Source: a virus. Taken from it: a DNA stretch of 29,018 bases. The stretch lies in IMG/VR virus record IMGVR_UViG_3300018465_000004, positions 1 through 29,018 of that record; one strand, written 5' to 3'. This document shows positions 8,291-16,445 of the stretch, one piece after another. The notes below the pieces were generated by a model. It saw only the letters and a list, made by a program, of their open reading frames with translations. It was not told the DNA's origin and ran no database searches. Position 1 is the first letter of the stretch. Every line of letters starts with the position of its first letter. The position numbers and the translations under genes were made by a program.

Positions 8291-8686
8291 ATGGGACCGT
8301 GCACCGGCACCGGTACACAGACCGAGCTGGAATTCGTGCACGCGCTGCGCACCCGCGCCGCGGGTCGGTGCTGCGGGCCCGCCGTCATTCTGCCGCTGGT
8401 CGCCTACCGAATCGAGGTGCTGGAGTCCGCCTTCACGAGCCGGGCGCACGAGCTGCTCTGGGACGGGCTCGTTCCGGTCGAGGACGATGATCGGCTGCTC
8501 TTCCGGCTGTGCGCGGCGCACTGGATGGACCTGAGCTACCTGGTCGCCATGCGCGGTCGAGATCAACACCGAGGCGACTGGCTAGGCGAGTCTGTCACTT
8601 TGCTTAAGCAGATTTGCCAGGGCGCGGGATGGGATCTCAAGGAAGTGGGAAACATGATGCAGTGGCAGCGCGTGGCGTTGACCTGA
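8291..8686 (+). CDS. Hypothetical protein
   Basis: GGGGAG upstream of ATG 8291; 3' part of track ORF 7592..8686. Confidence 0.55.
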   Translation: MGPCTGTGTQTELEFVHALRTRAAGRCCGPAVILPLVAYRIEVLESAFTSRAHELLWDGLVPVEDDDRLLFRLCAAHWMDLSYLVAMRGRDQHRGDWLGESVTLLKQICQGAGWDLKEVGNMMQWQRVALT

Positions 8687-8707
8687 ACGACGCGTTACCC
8701 CTATCCT
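8678..8707 (+). promoter_or_regulatory. Housekeeping sigma (HrdB/SigA)-type promoter
   Basis: TTGACC-N18-TATCCT upstream of ORF 8723 and lsr2. Confidence 0.6.
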
Positions 8708-8722
8708 TCATACTCCAGCGCG

Positions 8723-9118
8723 ATGTCCAAGATGACCATTGCGCACGGAAGTGGAGGATCAACGTTGGATGCTGGATTAGGACCGTCAATCGAACGGTTG
8801 ACGCCCGTCCAGCGAATCGATGATTCGGTATTCGCACATGCCGTCAGTCCACTGGCTGAGGGCGCCCTGCGTTTCCGCCCACCATTTGATCTCGCCAGCT
8901 CCGCAGCGCTCGGCCAGAACACGCTGACCGGCAGGTTGGCGTTGGCCAGCTTCGGACTCGCCCGCATGCAACGAGCCGGAACATACCGGCTCCGCCTTGA
9001 CGAGGTGCTCGGTCCGGAGCAGCGCGAAGTAGTCGACGTGGTCATGCCGAGTTCGGGTGCGCTCGTCGATCTCCTCCACGGCCTGCTGAATGAATGGTTC
9101 CCAGATGAGGAGGCGTGA
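8723..9118 (+). CDS. Hypothetical protein (lower GC)
   Basis: ORF fills the gap before lsr2; its 3' end supplies the lsr2 RBS. Confidence 0.55.
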   Translation: MSKMTIAHGSGGSTLDAGLGPSIERLTPVQRIDDSVFAHAVSPLAEGALRFRPPFDLASSAALGQNTLTGRLALASFGLARMQRAGTYRLRLDEVLGPEQREVVDVVMPSSGALVDLLHGLLNEWFPDEEA

Positions 9119-9121
9119 GAG

Positions 9122-9514
9122 TTGTCGCGTAGAACTGTCATCATGCTTACCGACGACCTTGACGGCGGAGACGCTGATGAGACCGTGAGCTTCTCGATCG
9201 ACGGCATTTTCTACGAGATCGATCTGTCGGAGAAGAACGCCGGCAAGATGCGGGGAGCCCTGGAGAAGTACATGGGGGTCGCCCGGCGGATGCCCAAGAA
9301 CCACGTTCCCGGGCAGCGTCGGGGCGCGCCGCCCCGGATGCCGTACGTGCCGGCTCAGGCCGGTCCTGCACGGCCGGCTGTGACCGACAAGGAGCAGAAT
9401 CGCGCCATCCGCGAATGGGCAGCGGGCAAGGGTCTCGTCGTGTCCGACCGGGGCCGGATCAAGCAGGAGATCGTCGACCGGTACATGGCGGAGGCAGGCG
9501 TCAGGAGCAGTTGA
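9122..9514 (+). CDS. lsr2: Lsr2 nucleoid-associated protein
   Basis: LTDDLDGGDADETVSFSIDGIFYEIDLS dimerisation domain; IREWA...VSDRGRI AT-hook domain. Confidence 0.95.
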   Translation: MSRRTVIMLTDDLDGGDADETVSFSIDGIFYEIDLSEKNAGKMRGALEKYMGVARRMPKNHVPGQRRGAPPRMPYVPAQAGPARPAVTDKEQNRAIREWAAGKGLVVSDRGRIKQEIVDRYMAEAGVRSS

Positions 9515-9536
9515 ACCCCCGCCCGATTAGTTGGGC

Positions 9537-10145
9537 ATGACGTCATCGCGCAGCCGGGTCACCGCCGCCTCCGACGCCCCGGTCCAGGTCGAGGTGACCC
9601 GGATGCCGCCGATCGCCTTTCCGCGACCGCCGGCTGCGCTGCAATCCCGTGGCGGCCTGGAACAGGCTGTCACCGCCAGCGGGGGCCGGTGCGGCTACGC
9701 CGCCACCACCGCCGCGGTCACGCTGGTGATGGAGCGGGTCAAGCCGACCGCTCAGCTCGTCGCGGTCCTCGCCAACCCGGCCGGCTCCACAGTGGACGCC
9801 TTCCTGGACCGGGTCACCCTGTGCGCCACCGCCGCCGGGGAATGGGAGCGGGTGCACGGCGCCGAGATCGCCCTGACCGGCCCTGCCCGTCCGTCGGTCA
9901 ACCTCGGCGGCGCCGCCACCGTCTCGACTGTCGGGCTGTACATGCCCGACGTGGTGAGCGCGACCGGCGGTGTCGCGGCCAGCTCGCTGGCCTACCCCGC
10001 CGCGGACACCCGCACCGACTCGCTCAGCGGCCGGCTCGTGGTCCGGCCCGGCCAATGTTTGCTGTGGACCTTCCGCGCCGTGTTCGGCGCCAACGCCCGC
10101 GCGACCGTCGAGCTGGCCTGGTGGGAGCGCACCGCCGTCTCGTAG
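9537..10145 (+). CDS. DUF6143-like protein
   Basis: LANPAGSTVDAFL...GG...P...GRLVVRPG...VELAWWE resembles, from memory, the DUF6143 pattern (LINPxxSGVNLF...GKFIFPPG...FGWWE). Confidence 0.55.
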   Translation: MTSSRSRVTAASDAPVQVEVTRMPPIAFPRPPAALQSRGGLEQAVTASGGRCGYAATTAAVTLVMERVKPTAQLVAVLANPAGSTVDAFLDRVTLCATAAGEWERVHGAEIALTGPARPSVNLGGAATVSTVGLYMPDVVSATGGVAASSLAYPAADTRTDSLSGRLVVRPGQCLLWTFRAVFGANARATVELAWWERTAVS

Positions 10146-10146
10146 C

Positions 10147-10172
10147 GCGGAAAAGCCCAAGATCCCGCGGTA
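10147..10172 (+). promoter_or_regulatory. Recurring motif copy (GCGGAAA-N14-CGGTA)
   Basis: Ends 9 nt before the phosphoesterase GTG. Confidence 0.6.
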
Positions 10173-10181
10173 AGGGGACAT

Positions 10182-11114
10182 GTGCGACTTTTCATTGCGG
10201 GGGACACCCACGGCAACAACTCGTTCTGGGACTGGTACCTGCTGCCCCGGGCCAAGCTGCACGCGGCCGACCGGATCGTCCAGTGCGGCGACTTCGGCTT
10301 CTGGGAGCACGCGCCCAGCGGGGTGGAGTACCTCGACCTGCTGGAGCAGTCCGCGGCCGAAGCGGACCTGACCATCTACGCCCTGCACGGCAACCACGAC
10401 AACTGGTCGCTGGTGATGCAGCGCTACGGCACCGACCGCGACGACGAAGGCTTCGTGCGGGTCCGGCCCCACATCCGCTACATCCCGCAGGGCCACGTCT
10501 GGACCTGGGAGGGCACCCGGATGCGGGCCTTCGGCGGCGCCTACTCCATCGACAAGCAGTGGCGGCTGGATCTGGAGGCAAAGCGCAACAGGCAGGCCCT
10601 GGCTGTAGAGGAACACCGCCGCAGCGCCGGTCGCAAGCCCAAGCCGGTCATCGACCACACCGGCACCGTCTGGTTCCCGGACGAGGAGATGACCGACGCC
10701 GAGTTCACCGAGCTGATGATCGCCGATTGCCAGGTGCTCGACGTCGTGTTCAGCCACGACCGGCCCCGCCGGGCGGGCTGCGGACTCGATCTGAAGAACG
10801 AGCCGCTGTGCCTCCCGAACCAGGACCGGCTCGACCTTGCCCTGGCCGCCCACCGTCCACAGTGGTGGTTCCATGGGCATCTGCACCACAGCTACAAGGA
10901 CCGCGTCGACGTCGGTGACACCGTCACCACCATCGTCGGGCTTGCCTGCGACGACAAGGCGGCCATGCGGTTCTGGCGGCCCTGGCACAGCTGGTGCGCC
11001 CTGGACATCGTCGAGGGAAGCCCACCGACCTATTACGCCTCACACGTCCTGGACGAGGCCGTGGCCACGAAGAAGGCGCGCGCCGCCGCCCACAGCACCG
11101 AAGGAGAGCACTGA
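10182..11114 (+). CDS. Calcineurin-like metallophosphoesterase
   Basis: GDTHG, CGDFG, HGNHD, FSHD and HGHLHH motifs. Confidence 0.9.
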   Translation: MRLFIAGDTHGNNSFWDWYLLPRAKLHAADRIVQCGDFGFWEHAPSGVEYLDLLEQSAAEADLTIYALHGNHDNWSLVMQRYGTDRDDEGFVRVRPHIRYIPQGHVWTWEGTRMRAFGGAYSIDKQWRLDLEAKRNRQALAVEEHRRSAGRKPKPVIDHTGTVWFPDEEMTDAEFTELMIADCQVLDVVFSHDRPRRAGCGLDLKNEPLCLPNQDRLDLALAAHRPQWWFHGHLHHSYKDRVDVGDTVTTIVGLACDDKAAMRFWRPWHSWCALDIVEGSPPTYYASHVLDEAVATKKARAAAHSTEGEH

Positions 11115-11115
11115 C

Positions 11116-11586
11116 ATGGGGGACCGGCTCGGCCTGGTCGACATCGACGGGGTCCTGGCGAACACCGCCCACCGCGACCACTACGCCGTGCACCGCGACT
11201 GGGGGACCTACTTCTCTCTCGCCGGCCAGGACACCGTCTTCCGGCAGGGCATCGAGCTGGTGGAGAACCTGGAGATCGCCGGCTGGGACATCGCCTACCT
11301 CACCGGCCGGCGTGAGGACATGCGCGAGGTCACCCGCAAATGGCTGAAGAGGTTCGGGTTCCCGAAGTTTCCGCTCATCATGCGGATGATGGAGGACCGG
11401 ACCAAGCTGGCCCATCTCAAGGCCGGCGTCATCTCCGACGCCCTGCTGCTCTACCCCGACGGGGTGGCGCTGTGGGACGACGATCCCTGGGTGGTCGAGG
11501 AGGCCAACAAGGTGAAGACCGGAGCTGGTCGGCAGACGACGTGGTACGTCAAGCCGACCAGCATCGTCCGGCGTGGCCAGTCGTAG
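11116..11586 (+). CDS. HAD-family phosphatase (polynucleotide 3'-phosphatase/PseT C-domain-like)
   Basis: DIDGVLA motif I, YLTGR motif II, conserved K, WDDD motif IV; AAGGAG RBS. Confidence 0.85.
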   Translation: MGDRLGLVDIDGVLANTAHRDHYAVHRDWGTYFSLAGQDTVFRQGIELVENLEIAGWDIAYLTGRREDMREVTRKWLKRFGFPKFPLIMRMMEDRTKLAHLKAGVISDALLLYPDGVALWDDDPWVVEEANKVKTGAGRQTTWYVKPTSIVRRGQS

Positions 11587-11591
11587 GCGTC

Positions 11592-11855
11592 CTAGTTCAC
11601 GTGGCCGCGCATGCCGATCTCCTGGCTGCTGACCCGCACCCGGGTCCGTCCATTGCGGGACACGTCCTCAGCTAGCGCGTGCAGCACCCGCGCGGTCTCC
11701 TGCGGCTCCATTGTGGAGACCAGCTCGAACAGGCCGCTGTCGTGGCCGATGACGACCAGCCGGGGATGCGAGTTGGCCAGACCGACGACCAGCCGCATCA
11801 TCTCGCAGGTGTCGGTGTGGTCAACGCGTTCAGCGTGGTGATGTGGATCATTCAC
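11592..11855 (-). CDS. Hypothetical protein
   Basis: GGAAGGA upstream; GC3 bias on the minus strand. Confidence 0.55.
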   Translation of the reverse strand: MNDPHHHAERVDHTDTCEMMRLVVGLANSHPRLVVIGHDSGLFELVSTMEPQETARVLHALAEDVSRNGRTRVRVSSQEIGMRGHVN

Positions 11856-12054
11856 GGGGAGGGCGTCCTTCCGTTCGAAGGTGGATGGGCAGCGTAACGA
11901 ACAACTCGACGCAACGTAACGGCCTTCATCGATTCATTCACTCGTGCAGGTGACTCACGGCCCCTGGGCACACGTCGGCCCGATCTCCGGAAACCGCCAC
12001 GCCCTATTCACCCGAACGGTACGCTTCATGACGTAACGTGACGAGGGGGACGCA

Positions 12055-12240
12055 GTGAGCAAGCGGCGGAGACGGTACGAGATCGCCAGGGGTCAGCGCA
12101 GAGCTGAGCCCGTGGCGACCCGCGATCCGTGCAACTGTGATGAGTACTGCTCACGATGCGATCACCGCTGCCTCGGCGGGCACGCGAACTACCCAGGCTT
12201 CCACATGTGCGCGGAAGGGCATCAGTGGGGAATCCGTTAA
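12055..12240 (+). CDS. Small Cys/His-rich protein
   Basis: GAGGGGG RBS; CxC-x3-CxxC-x2-RC...HMC-x3-H pattern. Confidence 0.5.
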   Translation: MSKRRRRYEIARGQRRAEPVATRDPCNCDEYCSRCDHRCLGGHANYPGFHMCAEGHQWGIR

Positions 12241-12265
12241 ATTCGCCATGCTCTATTTGTGACTA

Positions 12266-12290
12266 ACCCGCCCACAAATTGTGGGCGGGT
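12266..12290. terminator. Inverted repeat with 12-bp arms
   Basis: ACCCGCCCACAA-A-TTGTGGGCGGGT, intergenic. Confidence 0.5.
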
Positions 12291-12389
12291 GCGCTCCAAT
12301 TCTTGAGGATCGGTGAAAGCGAAGTCCACGTTCAGTGGACGGGCTCCAAGCGGCTCCTCTAGGATTCGAAAACACCGGGGGTTCAGCAC

Positions 12390-12674
12390 ATGGCTACCGG
12401 GCGGTGTGCAGGATGTGGACATACGGCCTCATCCCGACAAGTAAAAATGCACGTACTTGACTGTCCCGAGTACCTGGCACTGTTCATGCGTGAACCAGAG
12501 AAATGCCTGCACCCGGAAGCCGAGTACCTCAGATACAAGTGGACCGAAGACTCGCCTGAAGCACGGGCGGAACGGCGCGACGAACGGCTTCAACTCCGCT
12601 TCGCAGAACTGGACCGACAACAGTCCATCGATGCGATCCGCTGGTTGCCCGAGCCGGACATACTCGCCGACTGA
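12390..12674 (+). CDS. Hypothetical protein (CxxC...HxxxC zinc-finger-like)
   Basis: RCAGCG...HVLDC. Confidence 0.65.
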   Translation: MATGRCAGCGHTASSRQVKMHVLDCPEYLALFMREPEKCLHPEAEYLRYKWTEDSPEARAERRDERLQLRFAELDRQQSIDAIRWLPEPDILAD

Positions 12675-12690
12675 GCACAGCAACGGGGGC

Positions 12691-13041
12691 GTGATGACTG
12701 ACCAGAAGCTGGGCGAAGACGTCGCCCAGCGCGGTCCCGACCGCAGCAAGCAGGGGGAACGGCTCCGCGCGACGCTGCTGGCCAGGCTCGATCAGGAGTA
12801 CCAGGGCCGCACCTTCGACGTCGTCCGCGAAGTCCACCTGCCGCGTGGTCAGGTCTACGTCACCAAGTTCGGCAGCCAGGGCCGCCACGGCTGGGTCATC
12901 CGCGACCGGGAGAGCGGTGAAGAGCAGGTTGTCGGCTGGGTCCTGCTCAAACGCATCCACGACATGTACCTCGGCCTCACCCTGCCCTCGCGTCGCCGGC
13001 ACATTCTGAACCGCGAACCGCGGGCTACAGATTCGGATTAG
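12691..13041 (+). CDS. Hypothetical protein
   Basis: GC3 bias from 12691; start GTG 12691 or ATG 12694. Confidence 0.65.
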   Translation: MMTDQKLGEDVAQRGPDRSKQGERLRATLLARLDQEYQGRTFDVVREVHLPRGQVYVTKFGSQGRHGWVIRDRESGEEQVVGWVLLKRIHDMYLGLTLPSRRRHILNREPRATDSD

Positions 13042-13150
13042 CCACTGAGCCAGGGCTGGGCCGGGTAGTCAATCGGGACGGTCGGTCCAGTCCTCCGAAT
13101 CGAATCCCAAACTCAAAAACTGAACACTACGTTCCTGACCAATAGGGGCA

Positions 13151-13852
13151 ATGGTGGAGATCGCCAAAGGCGGCGTGGACTACGTTTCCGCGCCGGCGGA
13201 TTACGCTGCCTTTTTTCGGCAGTACCGCTCATATGTCATCACGCTCGTCAAGAAAGTCGGAATTGATCCGCAGCACGCGGAGGACGTCGCCAGCGAGATC
13301 ATGCTCCGGTTCATGGAACGCGACTTCCTGAAGGAGTTCGACCCGACCCTGACCTTCGTCTACCAAGGCGAGATCCGTCCGGCCCGGTTCAAGAGCTTCC
13401 TCTCCCGGTTCGTGCTCATCTACGCCCGTGGGCACCGGGACAAGCAGCTACGGCAGATGACCCGCGAGCTGCTGCTCGTCGACAGCCCGCAGATCGAGGA
13501 CGGCACCTCCTGGATGGACGGCTACCAGACCGTGCCCGGCGCTGACGAGGACGTCCTGGGCCGCCTGGCCGAGGGCGAGCGGATCGCCGAGGTCCGCGCC
13601 TACCTGTCGACCATTCCGAAGCGGAGCCGGTTCGACACCTGCGACCTGATCAAGCTCTTCGAGCAGGTGCTGATCCAGCTCCGGGAGAAGGGCTACGAGA
13701 AGCCGAACGTGTCGGAGTTGCAGCGGCACTTCGCCATCTCCTCTACCGCGGCCCACTCGTGGCTGTGGTGGCTGCGCAGCAACATCGCCACCGCACTCGG
13801 TCGTCCACTACCCGCCAAGCGGGTCCGCGCCACCACGAGGACTGCGTCATGA
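13151..13852 (+). CDS. ECF-like sigma factor
   Basis: Region 2 YAAFFRQYRSYV...PQHAEDVASEIMLRF...FDP...FKSFLSRFV; C-terminal HTH VSELQRHFAISSTAAHSWL; no region 3. Confidence 0.7.
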   Translation: MVEIAKGGVDYVSAPADYAAFFRQYRSYVITLVKKVGIDPQHAEDVASEIMLRFMERDFLKEFDPTLTFVYQGEIRPARFKSFLSRFVLIYARGHRDKQLRQMTRELLLVDSPQIEDGTSWMDGYQTVPGADEDVLGRLAEGERIAEVRAYLSTIPKRSRFDTCDLIKLFEQVLIQLREKGYEKPNVSELQRHFAISSTAAHSWLWWLRSNIATALGRPLPAKRVRATTRTAS

Positions 13853-14385
13853 CCGCCGCCGTACTGGAACGGGTCGAGGCACCGGCTGAGCCGGTCAAGG
13901 CCGGCATCTCCATCCCGAAGCTCGCCTGGATGGCGGGGGTGATCGACATGAAAGGCCGCACCCGGCGGGTCATCCACATCAGCCGGCGCAACCCGCTCTA
14001 CATCCTCCAGGTCGAGACCTCCAACCTGGTCGTCGCCCGTCAGCTCTGCAAGCTCACCGGGACCCGGGTCGAGTACAGCGAGGCGAAGATCCTGGAGGTG
14101 CGGTCCCGGCGCGGGTGCGCGGAGCACTGCCCGGAACCGCACCAGCACGTGACCCCGGTGCTGCCCAAGGTCGGCCGCTGGCACATCTCCGGAGCCGGGG
14201 CGGCCATCGTTCTGCACAACCTGATGCCCTACTTCGGCGGCGAGACCGGGAACCTGAAGCAGTTCTGCGTTGACGTCTTCGACAACCTCCCGCTGGGCGG
14301 GCGCGGCCGGCACGCCGTCGACCAGAGCATCAAGCGGCTGTCCGGGCTCGGCTGGGACGTCTCGCCGCTGGTGAAGCAGGCGTGA
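13849..14385 (+). CDS. LAGLIDADG-fold protein, probably nuclease-inactive
   Basis: LAWMAGVIDMKG motif; RWHISGAGAAIVLHNLMPYF C-terminal pattern; coupled to neighbours on both sides. Confidence 0.65.
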   Translation: MTAAVLERVEAPAEPVKAGISIPKLAWMAGVIDMKGRTRRVIHISRRNPLYILQVETSNLVVARQLCKLTGTRVEYSEAKILEVRSRRGCAEHCPEPHQHVTPVLPKVGRWHISGAGAAIVLHNLMPYFGGETGNLKQFCVDVFDNLPLGGRGRHAVDQSIKRLSGLGWDVSPLVKQA

Positions 14386-15191
14386 TCCCGATCGGGCACG
14401 CCACTGTCCGCCAGCAGCTGGAGCGCGAGCTGCCCCCGGTTGCCCTGCTGCGCGGGCCCCGCAGCGTCGGCAAGTGGACCCTGGCGATGCACCTGGTGGA
14501 ACACCACCGCATCGCCAGGGTCGACCGGTTCCTCCACGATGGACCGCTCGGCGTGCTGACCGTGCGGGCGATCATCGACTTCGTCGGCATCGCCCCGTTC
14601 GGCAAGCGGAAGATCAGCGTGCTCACCCTCGACGGTGCCAGCGAGCCGGCGTTCAACGCGCTGCTCAAGGTGCTGGAGGAGCCGCCGGTCACGGCACGAT
14701 TCGTGCTCACCGCCGCCGGCCCGTTGCCGGCCACCGTGCTCAGCCGCGCCCAGATCTACCAGCTCGGTCTGCTCGCCGACGCCGAGCTGCGGCAGATCCT
14801 CATCGCGCAGGGCGTCCCCGCCGGGACCGCCGTGCGGGCCGGCGCCCTCGGTCGGGGTCAGGTCGACGTCGCGCTGTACGCCGCCCGCGGGCAAACCGAC
14901 CGGTACCGCACCACCGTGCTCACCCTGCTACGCGCCCTGGCTACCCACGATCACGAGCTGTTCGACCGGGTCTTCACCAGCGACTGGGAGGAACCCTGCC
15001 GGGAACTGCTCTGGCGGTGGGTGACCGAAGCCGTCTCCGGCCAGTGGAGCCTGTTCGGCCCGGCTGACGGCTGCGGTCTGCACACCCGGCGCGAACAGCT
15101 GCACCAGATGGTGTACCGGCTCAGCGCGTTGCCCGCCGCACATACCCGATTAGGAGTTCGTGTCGCGCTCGAACCGTTTCTCGCGACCTAG
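14382..15191 (+). CDS. holB: DNA polymerase III delta'-like clamp-loader subunit
   Basis: LLRGPRSVGKWTLA; AFNALLKVLEEPP; LPATVLSRAQ. Confidence 0.85.
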   Translation: MIPIGHATVRQQLERELPPVALLRGPRSVGKWTLAMHLVEHHRIARVDRFLHDGPLGVLTVRAIIDFVGIAPFGKRKISVLTLDGASEPAFNALLKVLEEPPVTARFVLTAAGPLPATVLSRAQIYQLGLLADAELRQILIAQGVPAGTAVRAGALGRGQVDVALYAARGQTDRYRTTVLTLLRALATHDHELFDRVFTSDWEEPCRELLWRWVTEAVSGQWSLFGPADGCGLHTRREQLHQMVYRLSALPAAHTRLGVRVALEPFLAT

Positions 15192-15265
15192 ACGTCCAGC
15201 CGCTGTGGCCGCACCGTGCTCGCTCTGGAACCCGCCATCGGCAGCTACCCATGAACGGAGACCCC

Positions 15266-15487
15266 ATGACCGCAACCGCCAAACGCGTGCGCGCAACCTA
15301 CCCCTGGCAGCGGTGGACCAACGGAGATGGCTGGGTCGCCTTTCCCAACCGGGACTACTTCATCTCCCTGGACGGGTTCCGCAACACGCTCTACAGCTAC
15401 GCCAGGGCGCACGGGTTGAAGGTCTACACCACCCCGGCAATCAACGGCGGCATCTACTTCCGGTTCTGGACGGACCCCGATGTCTGA
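15266..15487 (+). CDS. Small phage protein (YPWxxW motif)
   Basis: GGAG RBS before ATG 15266. Confidence 0.65.
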   Translation: MTATAKRVRATYPWQRWTNGDGWVAFPNRDYFISLDGFRNTLYSYARAHGLKVYTTPAINGGIYFRFWTDPDV

Positions 15488-15641
15488 CCACGAGCCGGTA
15501 ATCCTGCTCTGCCCCTGCTGCGCCAGCACCCTGGACGCCGACGCCGGACCCGACGAGCAGATTTTCGAATGCATCTCCTGCGGACAGAACTGGTCGATGG
15601 TCGTCAGCGCCGACCGGCAGACCCAACACTCCTTGACCTGA
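15480..15641 (+). CDS. Zinc-ribbon protein, 53 aa (CPCC...CISC)
   Basis: MSDHEPVILLCPCCASTLDADAGPDEQIFECISCGQNWSMVV; overlaps the previous ORF; not in the track. Confidence 0.65.
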   Translation: MSDHEPVILLCPCCASTLDADAGPDEQIFECISCGQNWSMVVSADRQTQHSLT

Positions 15642-15653
15642 GAGGACTTTACG

Positions 15654-16121
15654 GTGGCAGAAGAAGTAGCAGAAATCCACGTCGAGCTGGACGCGGACAC
15701 CTACGGCGCGACCCAATGTGGCAGCCCCGGCGAGACCGTCCCGATCGCGGAGGCGGACAAGGCGAACTGCCTGGTGTGCCTGGAGTTCCTCAAGCTCACC
15801 GACACCAACGTCGCCGACGCCCGCCGCAAGCTCGAACAGGAGCTGGCGAAAGTCCGCAAGTCCAACGCGGCCAAGTACCAGGCGCTGACCGCTCAGGACG
15901 CTGTCCCCTCGCCGGTACGGGTGATGGTCGAACGGCTCGAAACCCTGCTGGAGATGCTCCTCGACGCCGATTCGAAGCTCGCCTTCAACCTGAGGTTCGA
16001 GCAGCGGATGACCGACGTCCTCAACGAATGCCTGGCTGCGATCCGCCAGCAGCGGCTCACCCAGGCCGCAGCTGAACGGGTGGGCAAAGTCAGCAAGTCG
16101 GGGCTGATCGTTCCGGGCTAG
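15654..16121 (+). CDS. Coiled-coil hypothetical protein with an N-terminal H/C cluster
   Basis: GAGGA RBS; H...C...CLVC followed by a heptad-rich helix. Confidence 0.75.
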   Translation: MAEEVAEIHVELDADTYGATQCGSPGETVPIAEADKANCLVCLEFLKLTDTNVADARRKLEQELAKVRKSNAAKYQALTAQDAVPSPVRVMVERLETLLEMLLDADSKLAFNLRFEQRMTDVLNECLAAIRQQRLTQAAAERVGKVSKSGLIVPG

Positions 16122-16309
16122 TGAACGACGTATTTCTCGTCGCACTGATGGCGGCGGCCTTCGTGACCGCCGCCATCCTGCTCGTTCTGGCATTCAGCCA
16201 ACCCCCGCCCCGCCGGGCGCCGCCCACGCGGCCCAACCCGGAATGGCGTAGCTGGGCCGTGGACACCGTCGAATGGAGCCTCGATGAAGAGGGCGACCAA
16301 GGGCCTTGA
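16121..16309 (+). CDS. Small membrane protein
   Basis: N-terminal TM segment VFLVALMAAAFVTAAILLVLAF. Confidence 0.55.
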   Translation: MNDVFLVALMAAAFVTAAILLVLAFSQPPPRRAPPTRPNPEWRSWAVDTVEWSLDEEGDQGP

Positions 16310-16445
16310 AGAGCGGGACGTCGCGACCAAGCACCACCGCCGCCTGCAATGGCGGCCCGGCGAGGTCGCTGCGATCAAACGCCGCATGCGCCGACGTGAA
16401 CGAAAGCAAGCCCGCACCGAGATCCGCCGAGAGGCCAGCACGTGA
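16284..16445 (+). CDS. Small basic protein, 53 aa (MKRATKGLEERDVATKHHRRLQWRPGEVAAIKRRMRRRERKQARTEIRREAST)
   Basis: GGAG RBS; GTGA coupling to the next ORF; not in the track. Confidence 0.55.
   Translation: MKRATKGLEERDVATKHHRRLQWRPGEVAAIKRRMRRRERKQARTEIRREAST

Noticed and set aside
7592-8686. 364-aa ORF as a single gene
   Set aside because: It crosses two better-supported ORFs and hairpins; only the part from ATG 8291 is plausible
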